64,000 nucleotides of DNA from a virus, in the IMG/VR virus record IMGVR_UViG_3300018059_000546; one strand, 5' to 3'. The position numbers and the translations under genes were made by a program. Under the pieces are notes generated by a model that saw only the letters and a program-made list of their open reading frames with translations, was not told the origin of the DNA and ran no database searches. Positions 10,204 through 19,257 of the stretch are shown in pieces (positions within the stretch are counted from its first letter, which is position 1; each line of letters starts with the position of its first letter).

Positions 10204-10565
10204 GTGAATCGACGTAAACGGGCAGGAGTTTGGGCTCGGTGCTTCCCAGTCATCGCTGCGTAGGTCGGATCATTCTGGTGGTTCATGGCCTTAGAAGGTC
10301 CGTTTCCTGGTTCTCCCTCTCCGGCCGAGCCTTTGATTTCTTTGGCAACTCTTTCAATGAACCATCGTTTGTAGACGATCGGAATGTTCAGGGCCTCGAT
10401 GTACGTGAACCCCAAATAATACATGAGAAGAAAAATCGGCTCGAGGAACACCTGTTCCCGGTTTTCGTAGGTCAACGGGAACGGGTGAACTACTGCGACA
10501 GAAGGGCCTTCCTCACCCCTTGGGAAAGAAAAAGCCCACGCCAACCGGCACGCTGACCTCCTCAA
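10200..10565 (-). CDS. Tail/baseplate assembly chaperone, C-terminal part (probably a frameshift product)
   Basis: EQVFLEPIFLLMYYLGFTYIEALNIPIVYKRWFIERV resembles the small ORF that follows gp26-like chaperones. It overlaps the upstream ORF in the +1 frame and has no good ATG. Confidence 0.65.
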   Translation of the reverse strand: MRRSACRLAWAFSFPRGEEGPSVAVVHPFPLTYENREQVFLEPIFLLMYYLGFTYIEALNIPIVYKRWFIERVAKEIKGSAGEGEPGNGPSKAMNHQNDPTYAAMTGKHRAQTPARLRRFT

Positions 10566-11334
10566 CAGCGTCGCATTCGCTGCAGTCGATCACCTGAGTC
10601 ATATCGATCCCAGGTTCACACTTGGACATGTACTTTCTGAGTGCATCGGCATCTCGAACAACCATGCTGTTGATAGCGCGGATGATCTCGAGCCTGTTGT
10701 CATTTCCATCGATGGCGACAATCGTCTGAGCTAGCCGAGAAGTCACGGTCGTTTCGATGTCGTGATTGAACTTGGCCTTCTTCTGATTCTGGGTCAAAAG
10801 CATCGACTCCTCGTCGGCACCGGTCAAGAACTTGAACTGGACCTTCTTTTTCGACTGGGGGAGTTCGAATTCGAAGAGATTCAATCCGACTCCTACAGGG
10901 GTGGCTTCCAACTCTTTAATCGGCAACTCGTCCAGTTTGAACGTATGGGTCTGCTTGTGTCCGCACTGGGGACACTCGACAGTGGCTTCGTATTCTGGTC
11001 CGTAGCTCATAACACGAAGGGCGACCAGAAGAGCGTAACGATCTCCTGAAAGCATCTTGTCGACAGGAATAGACTGGTCAACGAGACAGTTCTTGATGAG
11101 GTGAGTGACGACCGTTCCCTTCTTGATGAGAGCACGAGACATGAGGATATCCTCTTCTCGGGTTGTCATGGCGCGAATTTCGACCTGCGCTCTCATGTGG
11201 AGAGGAGATCCTTCCGGGTAAGCCTTTCCTCCCGAAGGGAGCGGAATCGATTCAACAGGAACATCCACAGCCATCTGCTGCTTGATAAGATTCCCGCCAT
11301 GCTGAAACACAGGATTTCTAACGTCACCGCTCAT
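10513..11334 (-). CDS. T4 gp26-like baseplate hub/tail assembly chaperone
   Basis: IPLPSGGKAYP...VEIRAMTTREEDIL...CPQCG...FELPQSKKKVQFKFLTGADE...PGIDM...CSEC...GFFFP. Located upstream of the tape measure gene. Confidence 0.75.
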   Translation of the reverse strand: MSGDVRNPVFQHGGNLIKQQMAVDVPVESIPLPSGGKAYPEGSPLHMRAQVEIRAMTTREEDILMSRALIKKGTVVTHLIKNCLVDQSIPVDKMLSGDRYALLVALRVMSYGPEYEATVECPQCGHKQTHTFKLDELPIKELEATPVGVGLNLFEFELPQSKKKVQFKFLTGADEESMLLTQNQKKAKFNHDIETTVTSRLAQTIVAIDGNDNRLEIIRAINSMVVRDADALRKYMSKCEPGIDMTQVIDCSECDAVEEVSVPVGVGFFFPKG

Positions 11335-11357
11335 TTGATATCACCCATCTTGTAAAA

Positions 11358-11654
11358 TTACTCTTTGTTCGAAGATTTGTACCCTGCTTCTGTCAAGACA
11401 TAAACATCGAACTCAATTCGCATGCTACGAACAACCTTTTCATCGTCAGAAAGACGATGAACAAGCCTACGTTCTTGAAGAACTTCCAAGGCCTCCTTTA
11501 CGACGACCAAGGAATATAGAGTCTCCAGAGAGATGTAACCAGAGAAACAAGGCAACGGATGACGCGGCCACATACAAGCTAGAATTCGTTCCAATAGAAT
11601 TGGAGCGTACTGTCTTGCGGGCTTTGTCATGGGTCCGCTCTTTGTATGTATCAA
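11358..11654 (-). CDS. Hypothetical protein
   Basis: 98-aa ORF co-oriented with its neighbours. Confidence 0.5.
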   Translation of the reverse strand: MIHTKSGPMTKPARQYAPILLERILACMWPRHPLPCFSGYISLETLYSLVVVKEALEVLQERRLVHRLSDDEKVVRSMRIEFDVYVLTEAGYKSSNKE

Positions 11655-11660
11655 CCTGCG

Positions 11661-12287
11661 TCAATTTTTCCCACGAGGGCGATGTGCTCTCGGGTCGATT
11701 TCTTCGGGTTTGATGGGTCCAACATTTTCAAAAACGTCCACAAAGACTTTCTGACCCCGGACATCTTTCAACATATCTCCGGGACGAATCGTTCCAAGCA
11801 TTTCTAAAGCTTCATCGAGCGGAGGAGGAGATTCTACATCGATTTCATCTCCACAGAGCTCACCACCGGCTTGAAAGGCTTCTATTGTCGTCATCTTGCT
11901 ACGGGCAGCTCTTCGCACGGCTCTTTTCTTAGAATCTTCCAAAACATCCTTGATGGAAAACGAAGCAAGGTCGCCAGCTTTTTCGAGAGTCTTTCCCTGA
12001 AATAACAGAAGATCTGCTCGATTTCTGATCAACGCAAGTTGGCTGTAAGAGACCTTGGCTTCTCCGTCCGGATGCCATAGAACAATCTCTAGCGGATCAA
12101 GACCAGCAATCTGGCTGGCTCTGATCTCCGGGTCATCCATCAACCAAGCTACGGGCTCTCCATCTCGATCTGCCAAAAATTTCTTACCAGCCTTGTACTG
12201 GAGATCGAGACGCTTAGCAAAGGAAACGAATTGCCGAGGCAAACCTGCGAACTGGGAGCGAGACCAACGTTTATCCATGGTGATCAT
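11661..12287 (-). CDS. Hypothetical protein
   Basis: Start moved to ATG 12287 (MITMDKRW) to avoid overlap with the + strand gene at 12325. Confidence 0.55.
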   Translation of the reverse strand: MITMDKRWSRSQFAGLPRQFVSFAKRLDLQYKAGKKFLADRDGEPVAWLMDDPEIRASQIAGLDPLEIVLWHPDGEAKVSYSQLALIRNRADLLLFQGKTLEKAGDLASFSIKDVLEDSKKRAVRRAARSKMTTIEAFQAGGELCGDEIDVESPPPLDEALEMLGTIRPGDMLKDVRGQKVFVDVFENVGPIKPEEIDPRAHRPRGKN

Positions 12288-12324
12288 GGTACTATAAACA
12301 AATCTAGGTGAAGTATTTATAGAA

Positions 12325-13089
12325 ATGGTCATTTCGCCCAAAAAAGATAACGCTCGAACAGGTTCAGAATTCGCCAAGAGCATCATGGGAATAACGGGAA
12401 TCCCACGAGAGAACGCGATTCTCATCGAGCTTATAAATGGGAATGTGCCTGATTTCATTCGCGCGCGCGTGCACGTAGCATCGATGAATGAGAAATTAGG
12501 ATTCAGCGTCACTTTTACCGTAATTCCACGATTTTTGGCGATTGGTACGAATGAGGATCATTTCTACGTGCCCATGGCTCCCACCACAGCCCAAAAGGTC
12601 GCGGATTTGTACGGGGCCATGCTTCCAACGTACAAGATGGTTCAGGACATCTTCACGTTCGCAAGTTGGAAACAGATCGCCGTTCCCTTGCAGTTCGGAC
12701 CACTGATGACGTCGACTGAATGGTACAAGAGGCACAACGATATCGTGGTGAAGCAACTAGAAAATGTTCCGTTTCCAGCTCTGTGTGACGGTTACAAGAA
12801 GAACGTCATCATCAGCAAGAACATGGAGACGAAGCCGAATTCCGTCTTCATCTACGGCTGGATGAAAGATCAATCGGGTAACTTTTGGCAGGGGCTTCCG
12901 TTGTACCCGGGACATTCGAGAGACTACGCAGATTATAGCCACTCTGTTCGACTTGTAGATCGAAAGATGATACTCACAAATCTAAACGACGAAACTTCTA
13001 TTGAAGTAGACGCATACGATATCTTGAAAGATCCAGCTCTCTGCATTCTCCTCAGCGCTGAGGGTCCGCTATCCAAACCGTACTACTGA
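12325..13089 (+). CDS. Conserved hypothetical protein (bacterial-type family, possibly a cell-wall enzyme)
   Basis: Motifs LAIGTNEDHFYVPMAP.TAQ.VAD..G..LPT.KMV, GYKKNV, IYGW, GH...YADYSHSVRLV. TATTTA lies 6 nt upstream. Function not established. Confidence 0.55.
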   Translation: MVISPKKDNARTGSEFAKSIMGITGIPRENAILIELINGNVPDFIRARVHVASMNEKLGFSVTFTVIPRFLAIGTNEDHFYVPMAPTTAQKVADLYGAMLPTYKMVQDIFTFASWKQIAVPLQFGPLMTSTEWYKRHNDIVVKQLENVPFPALCDGYKKNVIISKNMETKPNSVFIYGWMKDQSGNFWQGLPLYPGHSRDYADYSHSVRLVDRKMILTNLNDETSIEVDAYDILKDPALCILLSAEGPLSKPYY

Positions 13090-13856
13090 ATCTGTACATG
13101 CGGCCATGTTGTTCCGTTTCTAATTCGTCGAACCATCCGATCATTGATTTCGAATTTTCTAGCGACATCCAGATAATGCATTCCAGAAGCTAACATTTTC
13201 TTGATTGCTAGAACAACCTCTTCTGTGAGTTTAGCAAAATGAGATTTTGTTCCCAAATGCTTCCCTTTTTGTTGTAAGCTCATCTGCTGACGTTGCTCAG
13301 GTGTTCGTTTTTGTCCACGAAGTTTCATTCCAACGAACTTCGCAATTTCAGGGTTTTTCATATGATGAAGATGAGAACGTGAGCGCTTTGTCGCCGACGC
13401 TTTCTCATATGCACTCTTGTCATGCGGTTTTCGGTTCGGGTACTTCTTCCCTTTGTTCTTGCCCATCATCGACGCAGACTTCCTAGCTTTAACCTCAGGA
13501 CGGTGAGATGGATTCAAAGCTCCCTTCATTTTCTCAGCTCCTCTCCGTTGTGCTTCCTCCGAAATTCTACCTCCAGAGCCGCCCTCTCGTCTGTTGTAAC
13601 CGATCTTCGGATTCATCGCATCGAAATGATCGACCCAGTACGTCTCAGCATCGAGTGAGTCCTTCTCAGTCGTGAAGCTCTGGAAGATGCGAAATTCGAA
13701 GTGCTTATCTCCGTATTTTCTCATCGCAGAGTACAATGCTTTGACATGACCTCGGCGAGCATTTTCGCGGTGATCTTTCCAGCGATCGATCGGATCATTA
13801 GCTTTACCAACGTAGAGTTTGCCGTTGATTCTATTGATGATTACGTAAACGTGCAC
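13083..13856 (-). CDS. GIY-YIG homing endonuclease with NUMOD3-like motifs and C-terminal HTH
   Basis: VYVIINRINGKLYVGKA...RWKDH...E..W......GYN; GQKRTPEQRQQMS; AKLTEEVV...IRNGTTWPH. Confidence 0.88.
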   Translation of the reverse strand: MHVYVIINRINGKLYVGKANDPIDRWKDHRENARRGHVKALYSAMRKYGDKHFEFRIFQSFTTEKDSLDAETYWVDHFDAMNPKIGYNRREGGSGGRISEEAQRRGAEKMKGALNPSHRPEVKARKSASMMGKNKGKKYPNRKPHDKSAYEKASATKRSRSHLHHMKNPEIAKFVGMKLRGQKRTPEQRQQMSLQQKGKHLGTKSHFAKLTEEVVLAIKKMLASGMHYLDVARKFEINDRMVRRIRNGTTWPHVQIQ

Positions 13857-13876
13857 AACAAGATTGTACTACGAAA

Positions 13877-14302
13877 TCAATGGAATCCACATTCTGGACA
13901 AGGTTCGTTCGGATCGTATCCTTGATGTTTGCATTGTGGACATTCGAACGCGCCGCTACCATCATCTGGTTCACACAATTCGCAAAACTCATCATTCGGA
14001 TTAGCAGTTTGAGATCCGCAACCAGCACATGGATTGTCTTTATGAGGATCATGTCCACAATCAGGACAAGACCAGTCTTTTGTGGGTATGTTCTTTCGAT
14101 CGCACTGTGGGCAATCCCACGCGTCGCGCTCGATTTCGTGGTTCATCAATTGTTTCTGAGAAAAGAACCTACATTGTTGGTTCGGGCACTCAACGTTGTT
14201 CATGCCTCCGATGTACGCACCTGGATGATTGCATCCGGGACAAACAGCCTCAGAAAGCACCCGCCGAACAATTTCTCGAAACTCTTTCAGGGTGGCTTGC
14301 AT
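13877..14302 (-). CDS. Multi-Zn-ribbon protein with N-terminal putative capsid-targeting peptide
   Basis: MQATLKEFREIVRRVLSE followed by seven CxxC pairs and one CxxxxC. TAGTTA motif upstream. Confidence 0.7.
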   Translation of the reverse strand: MQATLKEFREIVRRVLSEAVCPGCNHPGAYIGGMNNVECPNQQCRFFSQKQLMNHEIERDAWDCPQCDRKNIPTKDWSCPDCGHDPHKDNPCAGCGSQTANPNDEFCELCEPDDGSGAFECPQCKHQGYDPNEPCPECGFH

Positions 14303-14306
14303 TACT

Positions 14307-15551
14307 CTAACTATTCGAAAACAGCTTCAGATAGAGCTGTGCTACATTGTACCAGCTGTTTTCTTCCACGTACTTCAGCTGTTTGTCGACCTGCTTCTTC
14401 TTCATAAGAGGATCGGAGAAAAGCTTATCCAATATCTCTGCAAGGGACTTGGGATCGTCCGCCTTGAGGGTTGGGATGTCCGAGAAGTGATTCACGGACG
14501 TCGTAACGACGGGCACGGCTTTCGACATAGCGGAACGTGCTGCGCCGGAAGCTCCGTACACCTCGTGCTTCGGGTGGGACGTGTACGGAAACAGCACAGC
14601 CTGGTTGGTGCGCATGTAGCTGTCCAGCACCTCGACGGACTGGAACCCTCTGATGATCGAAACGTTGGATTCTAATCCGTGTTTAGTGACGAACGACATG
14701 AGCTCATCGTAGTAGAGCTGATGTTCGGTCGCATTGAAGGGCGATTCGGAGAACAGCCCCGTGAAAAACGCATCCTCGTACCTGCCAGCGAGGATCCGTG
14801 CCACCTCCAGGGACGTCTCCCAACCCTTGTACCGGAAACCAAATCCGAATTGCATGAAGGTTCTGGGTGACTTATAGAGGTTCCAGAGCTTCTTCCTGTC
14901 CAGGCACGGATCGCAGCCGTGCGGAATGACCGAAACAGATCCGCAGATCTTCTTCTCATCATCGAGAACTTTCTTCGCGCCGTCGAGATGAACGACGATC
15001 TCAGGCATCGCAGCTTCACAGATCGTCTTGTCACGATGGTGGAACACGGAATGCATCGTGACGATGACCCTTCGAGATCTCATCTGTGAAAGGAACGATA
15101 GCCAGTGGCGCGCATTGGACCAAAGCCCCCACTCGTGCTGCACCCAAACGATATCCGGATCGTATTCATCTATCCGCTTGACAAGCTCTTTTAGATCTTC
15201 TCCACGCTTCCAACAGATTACAACATCTTCGTCGGCGACTGTTCTATCTCCAACAAGATGAAGAGGTCCGGTCGGAGTGTCGTTACGTTCGATGAACAAC
15301 CTAGCATGACCAACACCGTCGATGACGTGCGGCCACAGTTTCTCGGAGTACGTGGAAATTCCGCACACCATCTTCCAATTTCCGACGAATGCAACCTTCA
15401 TCTCGTTGAGCGGTTTTTGGACACGATCGTGCTTCGAAAGAGAGATGGGATTTTCGGAAGATGATTCGACCACTTTCATTCCTTTCGATTCGAACGGAGA
15501 ATCCGACACAGTTACGATCTTGTCATTTCGTATGCCGACATACTTGACCAT
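14307..15551 (-). CDS. GT-B glycosyltransferase (GT4-like)
   Basis: CGISTYS, PDIVWVQHEWGL, VIVTMHSV, VIPHG, FGFGFRYKGWE, SGAARSAMSKAVPVVTT. Confidence 0.88.
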   Translation of the reverse strand: MVKYVGIRNDKIVTVSDSPFESKGMKVVESSSENPISLSKHDRVQKPLNEMKVAFVGNWKMVCGISTYSEKLWPHVIDGVGHARLFIERNDTPTGPLHLVGDRTVADEDVVICWKRGEDLKELVKRIDEYDPDIVWVQHEWGLWSNARHWLSFLSQMRSRRVIVTMHSVFHHRDKTICEAAMPEIVVHLDGAKKVLDDEKKICGSVSVIPHGCDPCLDRKKLWNLYKSPRTFMQFGFGFRYKGWETSLEVARILAGRYEDAFFTGLFSESPFNATEHQLYYDELMSFVTKHGLESNVSIIRGFQSVEVLDSYMRTNQAVLFPYTSHPKHEVYGASGAARSAMSKAVPVVTTSVNHFSDIPTLKADDPKSLAEILDKLFSDPLMKKKQVDKQLKYVEENSWYNVAQLYLKLFSNS

Positions 15552-16518
15552 CGTGAACCCCCTTCAAGAAAACCGCAATCTTGCTTTTCAATTCGGAAAA
15601 ATCGGCAACTGAAGAATTCATCAGTTTGCCGTGGAGTTCGTCCACCGCAGCGTGCAAAGGTCTCTTCGAGAATTCGTAGTAGGGAACTTTCTCTCCCCTG
15701 AATGGTTCGATGTTCTTGAGCTTATCATGGTGGTGAACAGAAATGGAAGGAACGTTCACCATCTCCGCAAGGACGAGCCCGTGGTAGCGTTGGCTGATCA
15801 CGATGGAGCGTTTAGAGAATTCTTCCAACACTTGAGAAGCGGAGATCTCGGACGCCTGAATCATTTCGAATCTGGTAGACCTTCTTGTCATCTTAGAAAC
15901 GATTTCTGTGGCCGCCCAAAGGTCGTCCATCCACAGATTTTTGCACATCGAGAGGAACGATATTTTCCACCCTGAAGACAATCGTTCATCCAAGAACTGG
16001 GCCGCTTCATTCTTGAACCGTTCCCACGCGAGGTGAGCCCATGATGGAGCATCCCACTTAGGGATCGTTTCTACATTCGATACGAAGAGAATGCTGTTGG
16101 GAATTCTCTTGCCTTGAACGACCGGTACGATGTGAACGATGTCCGGAATTGACATGGCATCGACACCCATGCTACGAAGATGTTTCGTTCCAAGCGCGGT
16201 GCGTACAGCAACGATCTTAGACTTCTTCATCAGGCGGAGGTGGACCGGATGAACCTCCGCCTCCACACCCACTCCGATGTACGCTGTCGGTATTGCCACC
16301 AACAAATCGAACACATCGGAGTCGATTCGAGGTTCTTTATACAAGAAAGAGCCGCCGCCGAAGACGACCGCTCTTTTCCCTTCGAGATCCTTGGCTGAGA
16401 TTTTGTCGACGAACGTCAGCTCAGCTTCCGGCATGAGAAGCCGGAAAGCATCACAGAAAAGTTCATCTCCAACATTCCCGTGATGGTACCACCCGTACGC
16501 AAGGATGGAAATTGGCAT
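15523..16518 (-). CDS. Polysaccharide pyruvyl transferase family protein
   Basis: YGWYHHGNVGDEL, VFGGGSFL, YIGVGV, IVAVR, SIPDIV, VISQRYHGLVLA, SVHHHDK. Confidence 0.85.
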   Translation of the reverse strand: MPISILAYGWYHHGNVGDELFCDAFRLLMPEAELTFVDKISAKDLEGKRAVVFGGGSFLYKEPRIDSDVFDLLVAIPTAYIGVGVEAEVHPVHLRLMKKSKIVAVRTALGTKHLRSMGVDAMSIPDIVHIVPVVQGKRIPNSILFVSNVETIPKWDAPSWAHLAWERFKNEAAQFLDERLSSGWKISFLSMCKNLWMDDLWAATEIVSKMTRRSTRFEMIQASEISASQVLEEFSKRSIVISQRYHGLVLAEMVNVPSISVHHHDKLKNIEPFRGEKVPYYEFSKRPLHAAVDELHGKLMNSSVADFSELKSKIAVFLKGVHDGQVCRHTK

Positions 16519-16519
16519 C

Positions 16520-16861
16520 TCAACTGCAGGCCTCCCAGACGATCTTTCTCAGACCCGAGACCTTCCAACGAATGACAAGCTCCCAGCGCTTATGCTTGTG
16601 GCAACAATGACACTTGTGGTGACATTTGTGCTCACAACAGACAGAATGTACTTCATAATCGAGCTCATCATCCGATCCGGGATCGCAGGGAGTGCAATCT
16701 TCGTCGGCAAATTCTACGCTGATGTATTCGGGATTACGTGTGAGATCGAACCGGGCCTCGTCAGCACCGGTGACGGTGAGTTCTCCTCGTGCTTTTGTGC
16801 TAACGAAGAGATCCATGAAGAATTTCCAGATCATATCGAGTATTGTGAACATCCTAAGCAT
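16520..16861 (-). CDS. Hypothetical protein with Cys/His-rich loop
   Basis: Contains CCEHKCHHKCHCCHKHK. Part of the same operon. Confidence 0.6.
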   Translation of the reverse strand: MLRMFTILDMIWKFFMDLFVSTKARGELTVTGADEARFDLTRNPEYISVEFADEDCTPCDPGSDDELDYEVHSVCCEHKCHHKCHCCHKHKRWELVIRWKVSGLRKIVWEACS

Positions 16862-16868
16862 AGATAGG

Positions 16869-17129
16869 TCAGCGAGAGGGTGTATTTTGGACTTCTACGA
16901 GAACATCTCGAACGATTTCTCGAACCTCTTTGACCGACATAACCTTGGAAAGAACTTCGAAAGGAACAGAGCGTAGAGCTAGAGCAGCCTTATCGATCAC
17001 GCTCCAAAAAGTATCCAAGTCCTTCTGGTTCTTAATTCGTCCGGAAGTGACACGATCTTCTAGGATACTCTGCAAGGCCTGGCGAATCTGCTCCTGGCCC
17101 ATGTATTCTGAAGAAGCTCCGACTTTCAT
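16869..17129 (-). CDS. Hypothetical protein with C-terminal copy of the shared peptide
   Basis: Ends ...MSVKEVREIVRDVLVEVQ. Confidence 0.6.
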   Translation of the reverse strand: MKVGASSEYMGQEQIRQALQSILEDRVTSGRIKNQKDLDTFWSVIDKAALALRSVPFEVLSKVMSVKEVREIVRDVLVEVQNTPSR

Positions 17130-17132
17130 GAA

Positions 17133-17459
17133 TTACATGCTCGAAATGAGGAAACCTGCTGCAGCACCGAGATGGTAATGAGCGAGCTCAGGAAGCTTCA
17201 TCTTCGCGGCGTCGATAGGATGGACGATATCGGCCGGTTTGAAGGATCGAACGACGGTCCAAACGAGCAGAAGAGCCCAGGTAACCAACTTAGCCAGAAG
17301 ACCTCGAGAAACCCATCCCATGCTAAGCATCAGAGTGTATCCAACGAGAGCATGAAACAGGGGCATGTTCTTCACCGGATCACGCATCCACGGTCCAAGA
17401 ACGAAAGAAACCTTGTCGGAAACCCAGTCACGCGCACCTTTCAAAAGATCGAGAAACAT
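17133..17459 (-). CDS. Small membrane protein
   Basis: Likely start ATG 17459 (MFLDLLKG), with TATTTA on the minus strand at 17480-17485. Has hydrophobic segments. Confidence 0.5.
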   Translation of the reverse strand: MFLDLLKGARDWVSDKVSFVLGPWMRDPVKNMPLFHALVGYTLMLSMGWVSRGLLAKLVTWALLLVWTVVRSFKPADIVHPIDAAKMKLPELAHYHLGAAAGFLISSM

Positions 17460-17517
17460 TTTTTTGCCTGCCTTACCGATAAATAGCAAGCTCTCGGGCA
17501 CACTACTTATGGATTCC

Positions 17518-18144
17518 ATGCAGCTCAAAGAATTAAGAAAACTAGTTCGCTCTGTCTTACAAGAAGAGATGGAGATGATTACCGACCACAATCCAGAGGT
17601 TGTTCTATCCTTTTTGAAGGATCGAAACGTTGAGGACAAGATGAGGAACATGGGACTCAGCCATCTCATTGATAATCCTAACCTTTCGGATGAGCTTGAA
17701 AACCACATCAGAGTTGCATGCCTAGTCGGTTGCAAAGGAGAGGCTCAGAACTGGCTCGGATTCGATCTGGGGACGAATGACGAAACTGCCGAACGTCGAT
17801 TTTGCAGTGCTAGCAAATGGCAGAAGCACGACTCCATGGATTCGGATTGGTTCAAAATCAAAGCCTTGAACGTCTGGGGTCAGCCTTTCTACTCGACAGC
17901 CAAAGAATACCAGGCAAGCCAACAGTGCGCCGACGAACATACGATGGACATGTTCTCTAATGTGAACGACACCGAAATCAATCGAACAATGCTAGAACCT
18001 AGCACAACTATCTGGGTTCCTCATGATGATGGAATCAGATGTGTTGAAGGGAACAAGAGAATGCATGCTCTTGCGCTGGGCATGGTTCGAGGTGTCGTAG
18101 GAGACGACGTGACCACCCGCTGGAAGATGTGGTCGAAGATCTAA
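17518..18144 (+). CDS. Protein with N-terminal shared peptide and C-terminal ParB/Srx-like motif
   Basis: MQLKELRKLVRSVLQEE start follows TACTTA (17504-17509). IRCVEGNKRMHALAL resembles the ParB/Srx [DE]GxxR motif. Confidence 0.6.
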   Translation: MQLKELRKLVRSVLQEEMEMITDHNPEVVLSFLKDRNVEDKMRNMGLSHLIDNPNLSDELENHIRVACLVGCKGEAQNWLGFDLGTNDETAERRFCSASKWQKHDSMDSDWFKIKALNVWGQPFYSTAKEYQASQQCADEHTMDMFSNVNDTEINRTMLEPSTTIWVPHDDGIRCVEGNKRMHALALGMVRGVVGDDVTTRWKMWSKI

Positions 18145-18145
18145 C

Positions 18146-18448
18146 TTACTTCGGAACGTTCTGAAGAAGAGTTTGAAGCGTCTTATTCACGTTCGTTAGA
18201 ACTTGCTTGGTCGAAGCATCTTGGGCAGAACCCAGAGCTTTCGTCACGGCAGCTACGACAGCCTGCAGATCAGCGATCACCGGAGTTGCCTGCGGAGGGG
18301 CCGGGGCCGGAGGAGCTCCTGCGGCGGGCGGCGGAGCTGCAAGAGGTGCACCCGGCGCCGCAGGAGCGGCAGTAGGTGCCGGAGGAGGTACAGCTTCTTT
18401 CAAAACAGAACGCACCAACTCACGAAATTCTTGCAGGGAGATCTTCAT
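18146..18448 (-). CDS. Pro/Ala-rich protein with N-terminal shared peptide
   Basis: MKISLQEFRELVRSVLKE, then a PAP-rich linker and a helical tail. TAGTTA upstream. Confidence 0.7.
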   Translation of the reverse strand: MKISLQEFRELVRSVLKEAVPPPAPTAAPAAPGAPLAAPPPAAGAPPAPAPPQATPVIADLQAVVAAVTKALGSAQDASTKQVLTNVNKTLQTLLQNVPK

Positions 18449-18465
18449 CGTAATCGATAACTAGG

Positions 18466-18729
18466 TCAGTCGATGTACAGAACTGCCTGACCACTGAAGT
18501 AGCCAATGGTTCCCTCGTCAGTCAAGACCATAATTCTACCATCTGGCTCAGGATAATTGCTAACTGGACCGTCCTCGACAACAGACAGAACGAGATGGGG
18601 TTGGTAGGCTTCGCCCGGACCAATTATCATCATTCCGTAGAATTTCTTAGACATTGATCTTTTGGCTGGAAAGCCTGGGTAGACCACGTCTCCCGGTCGG
18701 AGCTTTTTATAGCAGTCCAGACGTTTCAT
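18466..18729 (-). CDS. Hypothetical protein
   Basis: 87 aa, ATGA-coupled to the upstream gene. Confidence 0.55.
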   Translation of the reverse strand: MKRLDCYKKLRPGDVVYPGFPAKRSMSKKFYGMMIIGPGEAYQPHLVLSVVEDGPVSNYPEPDGRIMVLTDEGTIGYFSGQAVLYID

Positions 18730-18971
18730 TTCTTCTCGAGTTTCGCAGAGAGGTAAGTTCCCACGAATGCTCCCAACACAGCAGGAAGGACCATCGAATG
18801 GTCTCCGATGTAGGCAATGACGATGACCGATCCTAGCAAATAGATGGCAGAGGCGTAGACAGCCGATTTGAGAGCGTTCGACTCCGCCGTGTGTTTAATG
18901 TACCTCGCCCACAAGAAGTCGGAAAAAGCCACTAGCAGGAAGATCCCAACAAATTTGAGAACGAATGTCAC
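18726..18971 (-). CDS. Small multi-pass membrane protein
   Basis: Likely GTG start at 18971. Three hydrophobic helices (FVGIFLLVAF; AIYLLGSVIVIAY; VLPAVLGAFVGTY). Confidence 0.6.
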   Translation of the reverse strand: MTFVLKFVGIFLLVAFSDFLWARYIKHTAESNALKSAVYASAIYLLGSVIVIAYIGDHSMVLPAVLGAFVGTYLSAKLEKK

Positions 18972-19024
18972 AGGATGTTGAACTTCTCTCCGAGCCTTTC
19001 GTGCTCGGCTGCATGGCATTTCAT
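18968..19024 (-). pseudogene. 18-codon remnant duplicating the C-terminus of the neighbouring HNH gene
   Basis: Translates as MKCHAAEHERLGEKFNIL, compared with DKCHDAEHERLGESFNIL at the end of 19254..20084. Confidence 0.6.
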
Positions 19025-19257
19025 GTCGTTCCTTGCAAGCTTCTCTGTGTGATCGCCCAATGGTTACAAGGCATCCACTCGTATCCAATTGTACTTTGTT
19101 CACCATCTTGGAACACAAAAGACCTGTACTCAAACTCGCCTCTTTTGAATTCTGCGACGACAAGACCAGTTTCCTCTAATGGACCATTTATCACAGTGTA
19201 GTGCTCGCCGACGGGAAGAAGATTTTGAATTAGACATTTGCATTTAGAACACTTCAT
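19021..19257 (-). CDS. Hypothetical protein
   Basis: 78 aa, ATGA overlaps at both ends. Confidence 0.55.
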   Translation of the reverse strand: MKCSKCKCLIQNLLPVGEHYTVINGPLEETGLVVAEFKRGEFEYRSFVFQDGEQSTIGYEWMPCNHWAITQRSLQGTT

